The notes under the pieces were generated by a model that made no database searches, was not told the DNA's origin, and worked only from the letters and a program-made list of their open reading frames with translations. The translations under genes and the position numbers were made by a program. A stretch of DNA of 64,000 bases from a virus (lineage: Duplodnaviria; Caudoviricetes), in IMG/VR virus record IMGVR_UViG_2773857812_000003, positions 1 to 64,000 of that record; one strand, 5' to 3'. Positions 26,540 through 35,400 of this stretch are shown piece after piece; the stretch's first letter is position 1, and every line of letters starts with the position of its first letter.

Positions 26540-27859
26540 TCACGCGGCGGTCTTGCGCTTGCGCGCGGGTTTTGGCTGGGGGTCGGGGTCGCTGGCCTGC
26601 GCGGCGGGGGTGCCGGGACTGGCGCTTGATCGATCACCGGAAATTTCGGTGAAGGACCGACCGTCGCTCTCCAGCATGGCCACACCGCCGGTGAGGTTCT
26701 GCCAGCGCTCGATGGCGACATCGACGTAAGCAGGGTTCAACTCGATGCCGAGGCAGGTGCGGCCGGTGGTCTCGGCCGCGATCAGCGTGGTGCCGGATCC
26801 CATGAACGGCTCATAGATGGCCTGACCGGGGCTGGAGTTGTTCAGGACGGGGCGGCGCATGCATTCGACCGGCTTTTGCGTGCCGTGCACGGTCTCGGCG
26901 TCCTGATCGCGGCTGGTGATGTGCCAGAGCGTGGTCTGCTTGCGGTCGCCGGCCCAATGGCCCTTGCCCTTGGCGCGAACGGCATACCAACAGGGCTCGT
27001 GCTGCCAGTGGTAATCGCCGCGGCTGAGGATCAGCCGGTCCTTGGCCCAGATGATCTGCGAGCGGATGTTGAAGCCGCTGGCGATCAGGCTGTCGGCGAC
27101 CGTGGTCGCATGCAGGGCGCCATGCCAGACATAGGCGACGTCACCCGGAAACAGCGCCCATGCCTCGCGCCAGTCCGCGCGGTCGTCGTTGAGCACCTTG
27201 CCGGTGCGCTTCGTGGCGGATGCGCCGGCCTGGTTGCGCCAGGAGGGATCATATTCGACCCCATAGGGCGGATCGGTGACCATCAGAAGCGGCGTCACCC
27301 CGGCCAGCACCCGCTCGACATCGGTGGCGACGGTGCTGTCACCGCAAAGCAGGCGATGATGGCCCAGCATCCACAGATCGCCGGGGCGCGAGACCGGATC
27401 GGCGGGCGGCGCGGGGATGTCATCCTCGCCCTCGATGGCGCCGGCCGTCTCCGGTGCCTCGATTTCCGCGAGCAATTCGCCGAGTTCGTCATCCGAGAAG
27501 CCGACCAGATCGATGTCGAACCCGTCCGCGCGGATCAGTTCGATCTGCTCGAGCAGGATCTCGGTGTCCCAGCCAGCGTTCAACGCGATCTTGTTGTCCG
27601 CGACAACCAGCGCCCGGCGCTGCGCTGCGTTCAGGTGCGCCAGCACGATCACCGGCACCTCGGAAAGCCCCAGCCGCTGTGCCGCCATCAGCCTCCCGTG
27701 GCCGGCGATGATCACGCTGTCCTCGCCGATCAGGATCGGGTTGGTGAAGCCGAATTCCGTGATTGAGGCGGAGATCTGGGCGACCTGATCCTCCGAATGC
27801 GTGCGGGCATTGCGCGCATAGGGCACCAGCTGCCCGACCGGCATCATCTCGATCTGCAA
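26540..27859 (-). CDS. ParB-N domain + N6/N4 DNA methyltransferase (DPPY)
   Basis: IIAGHGR, TDPPY, HGTQKPV, EPFMGSGTT; TTG start inferred. Confidence 0.88.
   Translation of the reverse strand: MQIEMMPVGQLVPYARNARTHSEDQVAQISASITEFGFTNPILIGEDSVIIAGHGRLMAAQRLGLSEVPVIVLAHLNAAQRRALVVADNKIALNAGWDTEILLEQIELIRADGFDIDLVGFSDDELGELLAEIEAPETAGAIEGEDDIPAPPADPVSRPGDLWMLGHHRLLCGDSTVATDVERVLAGVTPLLMVTDPPYGVEYDPSWRNQAGASATKRTGKVLNDDRADWREAWALFPGDVAYVWHGALHATTVADSLIASGFNIRSQIIWAKDRLILSRGDYHWQHEPCWYAVRAKGKGHWAGDRKQTTLWHITSRDQDAETVHGTQKPVECMRRPVLNNSSPGQAIYEPFMGSGTTLIAAETTGRTCLGIELNPAYVDVAIERWQNLTGGVAMLESDGRSFTEISGDRSSASPGTPAAQASDPDPQPKPARKRKTAA
27486..27663. repeat. ~178-bp near-identical direct repeat, copy 2
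   Basis: Matches 25160..25337. Confidence 0.85.
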
Positions 27860-27951
27860 GGGGCGAACTCCAAAAGAAAAGACCCGCTGCGACAGGGCAG
27901 GCGGGTCCAAAGTGACGGACAGGCGAATGTCCGAGAGGTGGCGAAGGGGCC

Positions 27952-28067
27952 GGCAACCCTGGCAACCCAAAGTGGCAACCCGAGGGTGGAAACCCAGAAA
28001 AATCCTTTGACGCTAGAGGACTAGCGCGCTCATGCCCCCCGCATAGCGTTGCCGCTGCGGAGGAACC
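27952..28067 (-). other. Putative lambda-like cos packaging site
   Basis: Minus strand GGTTCCT (cosQ-like)-N20-GGGGGGCATGAG-CGCG, then GGGTT(T/G)CC repeats x4; GpA-type terminase present. Confidence 0.5.
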
Positions 28068-28174
28068 AAGGCCGGGGGTAGGCGGCCGCAGGGCGGCTTT
28101 CGCCCCGATCATGGGATGAATATGGCCCGTATCGCCTGCTTTTGTCGCGCCCTAAGTTCAACCCTTTCGCGCCC

Positions 28175-28663
28175 TCACGGCGGCCCCTTCGCGGCCTCGC
28201 CGTCCCGCTTCGCGCCCCGCGCGTCCCCGCTGGTTTTGGCGCTGTGCGGGCGGCGGCTGGTTTTTCGCTGTTTGTTCAGGCGGTTGGCGATGGTGACCAG
28301 CGCAGCCGTCCAGCGTCGCCAGGCGGTGGAGCGCACGCAGCCCACGGCGCGGCAAATCTGCTTCCAGCGGTGGCCCTCGGCCCGCATCCAGACGATGCGG
28401 CGGTTGTCGATGATGGCCTGCTCGCTGTCGCCGCCGATCAGCGCCAGCCATTCCAGCGCCTCCTCCATGCGCTGGATCTCGCGAGGATTGGGGATCACCC
28501 GCATCCGCGCTTCCTCGTAACCATAGGCATGCCTGGCCTCGTGGACGTAATCCGGCCAGGAGCGGCCATAGCCGCGCGCGCCGGAGCCGGGCGGGTTTGG
28601 CAGGCGTTTCAGGGTCAGCGCGGCTTCCTCGAAACGGTCCTCGATCTCGCGGGGGGTGATCAT
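28175..28663 (-). CDS. Putative late transcription regulator (DUF6362-like, C-terminal HTH)
   Basis: IVWMRAEGHRWKQICRAVGCVRSTAWRRW; sits where Q-like genes are found. Confidence 0.7.
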   Translation of the reverse strand: MITPREIEDRFEEAALTLKRLPNPPGSGARGYGRSWPDYVHEARHAYGYEEARMRVIPNPREIQRMEEALEWLALIGGDSEQAIIDNRRIVWMRAEGHRWKQICRAVGCVRSTAWRRWTAALVTIANRLNKQRKTSRRPHSAKTSGDARGAKRDGEAAKGPP

Positions 28664-29535
28664 CGACGCTCCTTCCGGGCTGGAACGGGGACACCGCGCA
28701 GGGCCAGCCGCTCGGCGCTGGTCAGCCCGGCCTCCAGCAGGGCCCGCGCGACGCTGTTGCTGATGGCGCTGGGGGGCAGATAGCGATCCGCGTTCACCCA
28801 GTCGGCGTAGAAGTGCAGCTGCGGGTTGGCGCTGGTCTTCTCTGCGCCTTGCGGCCTCGCCGGCTGGCGCAGGCGCTGCCGATGGGCCGCCCGCACCGCG
28901 TCGGTGAAATAGCCCCATGTCCGGATCGGGCTGATGCGGATCGTCGGCGTGCGCGCCCGGATCACCGGCAGGATATCGGCCTCGAGGTCGATGCCCTCCT
29001 GCAGCCAGCCCGCGATCACCTCGGCGGTGCCGGTGATCGCGGCGCGCGATGCCGGGCAGAGACCGGGGCCGGCGACGCCCAGGCAGCGGGTCTGCGGGTC
29101 GAAGTTATCCACAGCCGCATCTTCGGCTGGGGGCGTAGTAGTATCTTTATAAGGATGGTTCGGGTGAATCTGGTTCACGGGGTCATGTGAACCTGGTTCA
29201 CGGGTTACCCGTGCATCAGATTCACGGGGTGAACGTGGTTCACGGGTTGAGGGCAGGTTATCCACAGCCTCGATCACGATGGAATATTCCACCGTGAAGC
29301 CGTGCTTGCAGTCGCGTTGGCCGGTCTCGGCGACCAGCCCGTCGCGGATCAGCTCCTGGATCGCCAGCTGCACGGCACGTCGCGATAGTTCGAGATCGCG
29401 GGCGATATTGGCCTTCGAGGTCCAGATGCCACTGCCGTCATCGGCGGCCTTGTCGGCCATGTAGATAAGCACCGATTTGCGCGTGGCCGAGCCGACGAGG
29501 CGGCGCTGCACCGAGGCCGAGATCAGATTACTCAT
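28660..29535 (-). CDS. Replication initiator with N-terminal HTH
   Basis: KSVLIYMADKA...SKANIARDLELSRRAVQ HTH; internal iterons. Confidence 0.75.
   Translation of the reverse strand: MSNLISASVQRRLVGSATRKSVLIYMADKAADDGSGIWTSKANIARDLELSRRAVQLAIQELIRDGLVAETGQRDCKHGFTVEYSIVIEAVDNLPSTREPRSPRESDARVTREPGSHDPVNQIHPNHPYKDTTTPPAEDAAVDNFDPQTRCLGVAGPGLCPASRAAITGTAEVIAGWLQEGIDLEADILPVIRARTPTIRISPIRTWGYFTDAVRAAHRQRLRQPARPQGAEKTSANPQLHFYADWVNADRYLPPSAISNSVARALLEAGLTSAERLALRGVPVPARKERR
29105..29266. other. Phage replication origin: four iterons flanked by DnaA boxes
   Basis: TTATCCACA at 29105 and 29258; GTGAA-N5-TTCACGGG-type repeats at 29164, 29187, 29211, 29229; AT-rich 29136..29152. Confidence 0.75.
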
Positions 29536-29738
29536 CGCCTGCCTCCCTCGAGGATTTCCTCGATGGCGCGGGTCTCGAAGGCGGTGGGCGCGATGAAGCG
29601 CAGCACCGCCTCCCAGTCCACGGCCGCAACCAGCGCCCAGATCAGCAGCCCGGCGAGAAGCACGAGCATGCCGAGCGCGAACGCGAAGACGATGGCCCAT
29701 GCGACGGGGCGACGCCGGTCATCACTGCCACCGCTCAT
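29532..29738 (-). CDS. Small membrane protein
   Basis: 68 aa with long hydrophobic helix; ATGA overlaps at both ends. Confidence 0.65.
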   Translation of the reverse strand: MSGGSDDRRRPVAWAIVFAFALGMLVLLAGLLIWALVAAVDWEAVLRFIAPTAFETRAIEEILEGGRR

Positions 29739-29998
29739 CGTGCCGCCCTCCCGCGGCCGGCGGTCTTGCGGCTCTCCTGCTCCAGCAGCCAGTCGCGCAC
29801 CGCCCCGCGCCGATAGAGCACCTTGCGCCCGATGCGGATGCAGGGTGGGCCGATGCGGCGGCTCTCCCAGCGCTTCAGCGTATCGGCGCTGATGCCGATG
29901 ATGCCGGCCAGTTCCTTGCGCGGCATCCAGTCATCCAGCAGCCCTTCATGGGCGATTGCGCCGGTCTCGGCGGTGATCATGGTCTGATCGGTCATCAT
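29735..29998 (-). CDS. AlpA/excisionase-like HTH protein
   Basis: RKELAGIIGISADTLKRW...GPPCIRIGRKVLYR. Confidence 0.8.
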   Translation of the reverse strand: MMTDQTMITAETGAIAHEGLLDDWMPRKELAGIIGISADTLKRWESRRIGPPCIRIGRKVLYRRGAVRDWLLEQESRKTAGRGRAAR

Positions 29999-30063
29999 CC
30001 GGTCCTTTCCCCGTGGTTGTGGGGCAAGCGAGAGCACAGGCGGAGTACCGGCGGCGCGGCGCG

Positions 30064-30097
30064 GACCGGCGCCGGAAGCGCCGGATGTGCGCCGGTC
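30064..30097. promoter_or_regulatory. 9-16-9 inverted repeat, copy B
   Basis: GACCGGCGC-N16-GCGCCGGTC in the divergent intergenic region. Confidence 0.65.
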
Positions 30098-30290
30098 CCA
30101 TGTTTCATGGGGTTTGCTGGCATTCCGTGGGGCAGGGGGGAACGTCGTCCGCACCGGCATGCCGGCCTCCAGGAGACGGGTCGGCGGTGGTGCGCCCAAG
30201 CGCCTAATCAACCCATGCGTGCGGACCTGTCAGAGGCATCGGCCTGAAAGGCACGCCTTTCACAAAAGCCAACAATTCAGGAAATACACG

Positions 30291-30881
30291 ATGGCTCTGC
30301 CAAACCGCGTGATCTACACGCTGCCCGAAGCCGCTGCCCGCTGGAGCTGCCATATTGCCGATATCGCCGAATGGGCCATATCCGGTCAGCTGGAGATCAC
30401 CATCGCGATCCCGCCCACGCGTTTTGGGGCCGAGATCCTTTCGGACCTGGTGGTGATTGCGCCGGGCGATATTCTGGCGATGTTTCGCCGCTGCGGGACC
30501 GGCCCGCGCGAAGGGGTGATCCGCCGCGCCCGAATGCCGGGCGGCAGCGAATGGAAACACATCCCGCCGCCTGATGCCGGGCTGCGGGTCACCCGCGATG
30601 ATCTGTTGATTCAGGCCGGCACGCTGGCGCGTTTCGAGGAGGAGCACGGGGTGTTTCGCCGGGTCAACTCCAACCCGACCAAGAGCTATGATTGGGAAGG
30701 CTTCTACGGCGCCCTGATCCTGCGCCTCTTCCAGCACGGCCTGCCCGAGAAACAGGGCGATCTCGTGGGCGAGATGCTGGACTGGTTCATTGCCAACAGC
30801 ACGGATGGCGATGCACCCGACGAAAGCACAGTCCGCAAGCGGGTCAGCCCGATCCTGCGGATGCTGCACGCGGAGGCGTGA
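30291..30881 (+). CDS. Hypothetical protein, candidate phage regulator
   Basis: N-terminal YTLPEAAARW HTH-like start, C-terminal PDESTVRKRV helix; divergent from the early operon. Confidence 0.7.
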   Translation: MALPNRVIYTLPEAAARWSCHIADIAEWAISGQLEITIAIPPTRFGAEILSDLVVIAPGDILAMFRRCGTGPREGVIRRARMPGGSEWKHIPPPDAGLRVTRDDLLIQAGTLARFEEEHGVFRRVNSNPTKSYDWEGFYGALILRLFQHGLPEKQGDLVGEMLDWFIANSTDGDAPDESTVRKRVSPILRMLHAEA

Positions 30882-32169
30882 CCTCCTCGGCCGGGGGTGC
30901 GGAATGCACGAGCCTCGGCCGTATCCGCATCATGTCGGCCACTGCATCGACGCCGGCGCGCAAGGGCGAATCCATCAGATGCGCATAGCGCATGGTGGTG
31001 CTGGATTGCGAATGGCCCAAGAGCTTGCCGATCATCTCCAGCGAGGCGCCGCCGCTGACCAAGAGCGAGGCGAAGGTGTGGCGCAGATCGTGAACCCGCA
31101 CCCCGGGCAGCCCGGCCTGATCCTGAATGCCTTTCCAGAAGCGGCGAATCTCCTGCACCGGCTGGTCCTTGTCCGAGACATCGCCCGGAAACAACCAGTT
31201 GCAGCCGACCGGCACGGCGGAAAGCCGCGTGCGCACCAATGCCGCTGTCTCTGCCGAGATCGGCACGCGGTGAATGCGGCGCTGCTTGGTATTGGCGGCG
31301 GGCTTCACCCATGTGTTGCGCTCCAGATCGAAATGCTCGAAACGCGCGGTCCGGACCTCGCCCAGCCGCGCCCCGGTCAGCATGCACATGCGGATGATGC
31401 TGGCGCCGCGCTGGTCCTCGGCCGCGCCCAGCGCCTCGCTGAGCCGCGCGATCTCCTCCATGTCGAGGAACCGCTCGCGCTCGGTCTCGACGCGGCGACG
31501 AAAGCCCACCGCCGGATTGTCGGAGCGCATCCGCCATGCAATGGCGAGATTGAAGACCCGGCGCAGCATCTCGCCCGCGCGGTTGGCGCGCACCGGCGTG
31601 GGTTTCGGCGGCTTCAGCGGGATGCGGCGCTTGGTTTTTGGTTTCTTCTTGGCCGGGCGGGAGCGCCCCTCGGCGATCAGGTTCAGCACCCGTTCGACAT
31701 CCGCCGGCTCGATCTCGGCCACCAGCCGGTGCTTCCAGTGCGGCATGATCAGCTTGTGCAGCATGGATGCCTGATCGGCGGCATTGCGCGGCGCCAGATG
31801 CGTGGCATGTTCGCGCAGGTAGCGCGCCACCAGATCGGGAAAACGCGGCGCCTCGCGGATCTCCTCGCGCTCGGCCAGCGGATCCAGCCCGCCATCGACA
31901 TCGCGGCGCAGCGCCTTGGCGTGCTCGCGCGCGGCGGTGACGTTCCATTCCGGCCAGCGCCCGATGGTCAGCCGCCGCTGCCGCCCGGCCGTGCGGTAGT
32001 CGAACATGAAGCTGCGCCCGCCGGATGGATAGATGCAGATCGACAGCCCCAGCACATCGCTGTCGAAAATCTGCCATGCCTTCGACCGCGGCTCAGCCGC
32101 CCGGACCAGTTTTTCCGTCAGTCTTTCTCTGTTTCGCAATGCCCTGCACTCCGTTTTCCGCTCCGACAC
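30844..32169 (-). CDS. int: Tyrosine integrase with arm-binding domain
   Basis: TGARLGE, HDLRHTFAS, LLGH...TMRY catalytic motifs; N-terminal RRLTIGRWP. Confidence 0.95.
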   Translation of the reverse strand: MSERKTECRALRNRERLTEKLVRAAEPRSKAWQIFDSDVLGLSICIYPSGGRSFMFDYRTAGRQRRLTIGRWPEWNVTAAREHAKALRRDVDGGLDPLAEREEIREAPRFPDLVARYLREHATHLAPRNAADQASMLHKLIMPHWKHRLVAEIEPADVERVLNLIAEGRSRPAKKKPKTKRRIPLKPPKPTPVRANRAGEMLRRVFNLAIAWRMRSDNPAVGFRRRVETERERFLDMEEIARLSEALGAAEDQRGASIIRMCMLTGARLGEVRTARFEHFDLERNTWVKPAANTKQRRIHRVPISAETAALVRTRLSAVPVGCNWLFPGDVSDKDQPVQEIRRFWKGIQDQAGLPGVRVHDLRHTFASLLVSGGASLEMIGKLLGHSQSSTTMRYAHLMDSPLRAGVDAVADMMRIRPRLVHSAPPAEEVTPPRAASAGSG

Positions 32170-32226
32170 AGGCGTAGAAGCGCCGGCTTATCAACGAGAT
32201 GATTCGCAGACCGGAAGACAGGCGCG

Positions 32227-32260
32227 GACCGGCGCCGGAAGGGCACAATCCGCGCCGGTC
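32227..32260. promoter_or_regulatory. 9-16-9 inverted repeat, copy C
   Basis: GACCGGCGC-N16-GCGCCGGTC upstream of integrase. Confidence 0.65.
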
Positions 32261-32409
32261 GGGTGGAAGGGGGGCATCGGGGGGCGGAGGACGGGAGGGA
32301 ATCGGTCAGTTGCATATGGATTCAACCGCAACGGGCGGCTAGGTTCTGTTTCAGGCCCTCGAGCGCCTGATGATAAAAAGAAAACCTTGTTCCGGGACAG
32401 GCGGTACTG

Positions 32410-35400
32410 ATGCAGTTGCGTGATTTGTTGGATTCCTACCGCCAGGCTGCCCGGTCCGAGCGCGAGAAGGGCGATTACTTTGAGCGGGTCGTTCGCGTTT
32501 ATCTGGAAAACGACGATGCGCAAAAGCAATACTATTCCGCCGTTGTGCCTTTTGCCCAATGGGCGAAGGAACAGGGCTGGAGCAAGGCCGACACCGGCAT
32601 CGACCTGGTGGCGACGCTGGCCGATGGCTCGGGTTATGCTGCGATCCAGTGCAAATTCTATGCGCCCAATCACACGATTCAGAAGCCCGATATCGACAGC
32701 TTCATCTCGGCCGCCTCCAATGATCTGTTTACGCGGCTGATCATTGCCGACACCACGCAGAAGGAATTCGGCAAGAACGCCAGCGGGACGCTCGACAAGC
32801 TGTCGAAAGACTGGAACCGCATCAGCATCAGCGAGCTGGAGGCCAGCCGCATCGACTGGTCGCAGTTCCTGCGCACCGGCACCGTCAGCCTCGCCCCGAA
32901 GAAACAGCTGCGTCCGCACCAGCGCGATGCCCTGAAGGCCGTGACCGAGGGGCTGGCGGAAGCCGATCGCGGCAAGCTGATCATGGCTTGCGGCACTGGC
33001 AAGACCTTCACCGGGCTGCGGATCGCCGAAGCCCTGGCGGGTCCGGGCAAGCGGGTGCTGTTCATGGTGCCATCATTGGCGCTGATGTCGCAGACCGTGC
33101 GCGAATGGAGCAATGACCGCCAGCAGGAGTTCACCGCGTTTTCGGCCTGCTCCGATGTGAGGATCGGGCGCAATGCCGATGCCGACAGCCTCGATCTGAA
33201 CGTCCATGATCTGGCCTTCCCGGCGACGACTGATCCGCAGAGGCTCGCGCAGCAGGTTGCCGCTGCGCCGCCCAACCGCATGACCGTGGTGTTCTCGACC
33301 TATCACTCGATCGACGTGCTGACCCGCGCACAGAAAAACCATGGCCTGCCGGAATTCGATCTGGTGATCTGCGACGAGGCGCATCGCACCACCGGCGTCA
33401 CGCTGAAGGACGAAGACGACAGCACCTTCGTGCGCATCCACAGCAACGACCATGTGGCGGCGAAAAAGCGCCTCTACATGACCGCGACGCCGCGCATCTT
33501 CGGCGATGCCGCCCGGCGCAAGGCGGATGACCACGATGCCGAACTGGCCTCGATGGATGATGAGGACAAGTTCGGCAAGGATCTGTTCCATCGTGGCTTT
33601 GGCTGGGCGGTCGAGAACAACCTGCTGACCGATTACAAGGTCGTGGTGCTGGCGGTCGATGAGGGGCTGATCTCGACCACCATCCAGAACCGCCTCAAGG
33701 ACGGGCCGGAACTGACACTCGATGACGCGACCAAGATCATCGGCTGTTACAAGGCGCTGACCAAGGCCGACCTGGCCGAAGACTTGGCCTTCGATCCGCG
33801 CCCGATGCGTCGCGCACTGGCCTTCTGCCAGACCATCGCGAAATCGAAGATCATCGAGGACGAATTCACCAAGGTAGTCGATGAATATACCGGCAGCGAG
33901 TTGATCGACGATGCCCGCCACCTGACGACCGAGGTGCGCCATATCGACGGCACCTTCAACGCCACCGCCCGCGATGAGATGCTGAACTGGCTCAAGGCCG
34001 ATGCGGGCGAGGACACCTGCCGGATCCTGACCAATGCCCGCGTACTGTCCGAGGGCGTGGACGTGCCCGCACTGGACGCGATCATGTTCATGCACCCGCG
34101 CAAAAGCCAGATCGACGTGGTGCAATCGGTCGGCCGCGTCATGCGCCGGGCCGAGGGCAAGAAGATGGGCTATGTCATCCTGCCCGTCGCCATCCCGCCC
34201 GACACCACCCCCGAGGAGGCGCTGAAGGACAATGAGCGCTATCAGGTCGTCTGGCAGATCCTGAACGCCTTGCGCGCCCATGACGAACGCCTCGACGCCC
34301 GCATCAACCAGGCCAAGCTGGGCGAGGATATCAGCGACAAGGTCGAGCTGGTGCGCATCTCCTCCGAATCCGAGCTGCGCGAACTGACTGCCGTGGTCGA
34401 TGACTTCGCCACCAGCAAGACCCGCGCGGAAAAGACCGGTGCCAATATCGGTCAGGAAGGCCGCGACCCGACCATCACCGATCTCGGCCCCGAACAGGGC
34501 GCCTTCGTCTTTGACGAGTTCACCCGCGCCATCATGGCGAAGATTGTCGAGAAATGCGGCACCCGCGATTACTGGGACAGCTGGGCCAAGGACATCGCCA
34601 AAATCGCCCAGACCCATATCACCCGCATCACCACCATCACCGCCAAGCCCGGCCCGGAACAGACCGCCTTCCGCGCCTTCCTGGATGAGCTGCACGACGA
34701 CCTGAACCCCGAGATCACCGAGGCCGACGCGATCGAAATGCTGGCCCAGCACCTGATCACCAAGCCGGTCTTTGACGCGCTGTTCAAGGACAGCAAGTTC
34801 ACCGAAGCTAACCCCGTCTCCCGCGCGATGGAGACCGTGCTCTGCCAGCTGCACGAACACAACCTCGCCAAGGAGGCGGAAAGCCTCGACAAGTTCTATG
34901 CCAGCGTCGCTCGCCGGGCCGAGGGCATCAAGACCGCCCACGGCCGCCAGTCCCTGATCACCGAGCTTTACGACCGCTTTTTCCGCAACGCTTTCCCGCG
35001 CCTGACCCAGCGCCTCGGCATCGTCTATACCCCGGTCGAGGTGGTGGATTTCATTATCCACTCGGTCAATGACGTGTTGAAGGCGCAGTTCGGCCAGACA
35101 CTGGGGTCCAAGGGCGTGCATATCCTCGACCCCTTCACCGGCACTGGCACCTTCATCACCCGACTGCTGCAATCGGGCCTGATCGCGCCCGATGAGCTTG
35201 AGCACAAATACAAGCACGAGATTCACGCCAATGAGATCGTGCTGCTGGCCTATTACATCGCCGCAGTGAATATCGAGACCGTCTATCACGAACTGGCGCA
35301 GGGCGGGCTGCAGGCCGATGCACCCTATCACTCTTTCACCGGCATCCTGCTGACCGACACCTTCCAGATGTATGAGCAGAAGCGCGACATGATCGCCAAT

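Noticed and set aside
24175-27859. ParABS partition system
   Set aside because: ParB-like domains are fused to methyltransferases and there is no ParA
29164-29246. CRISPR-like array
   Set aside because: Spacers are 0-6 bp and the repeats lie inside a rep gene; these are iterons; no cas genes
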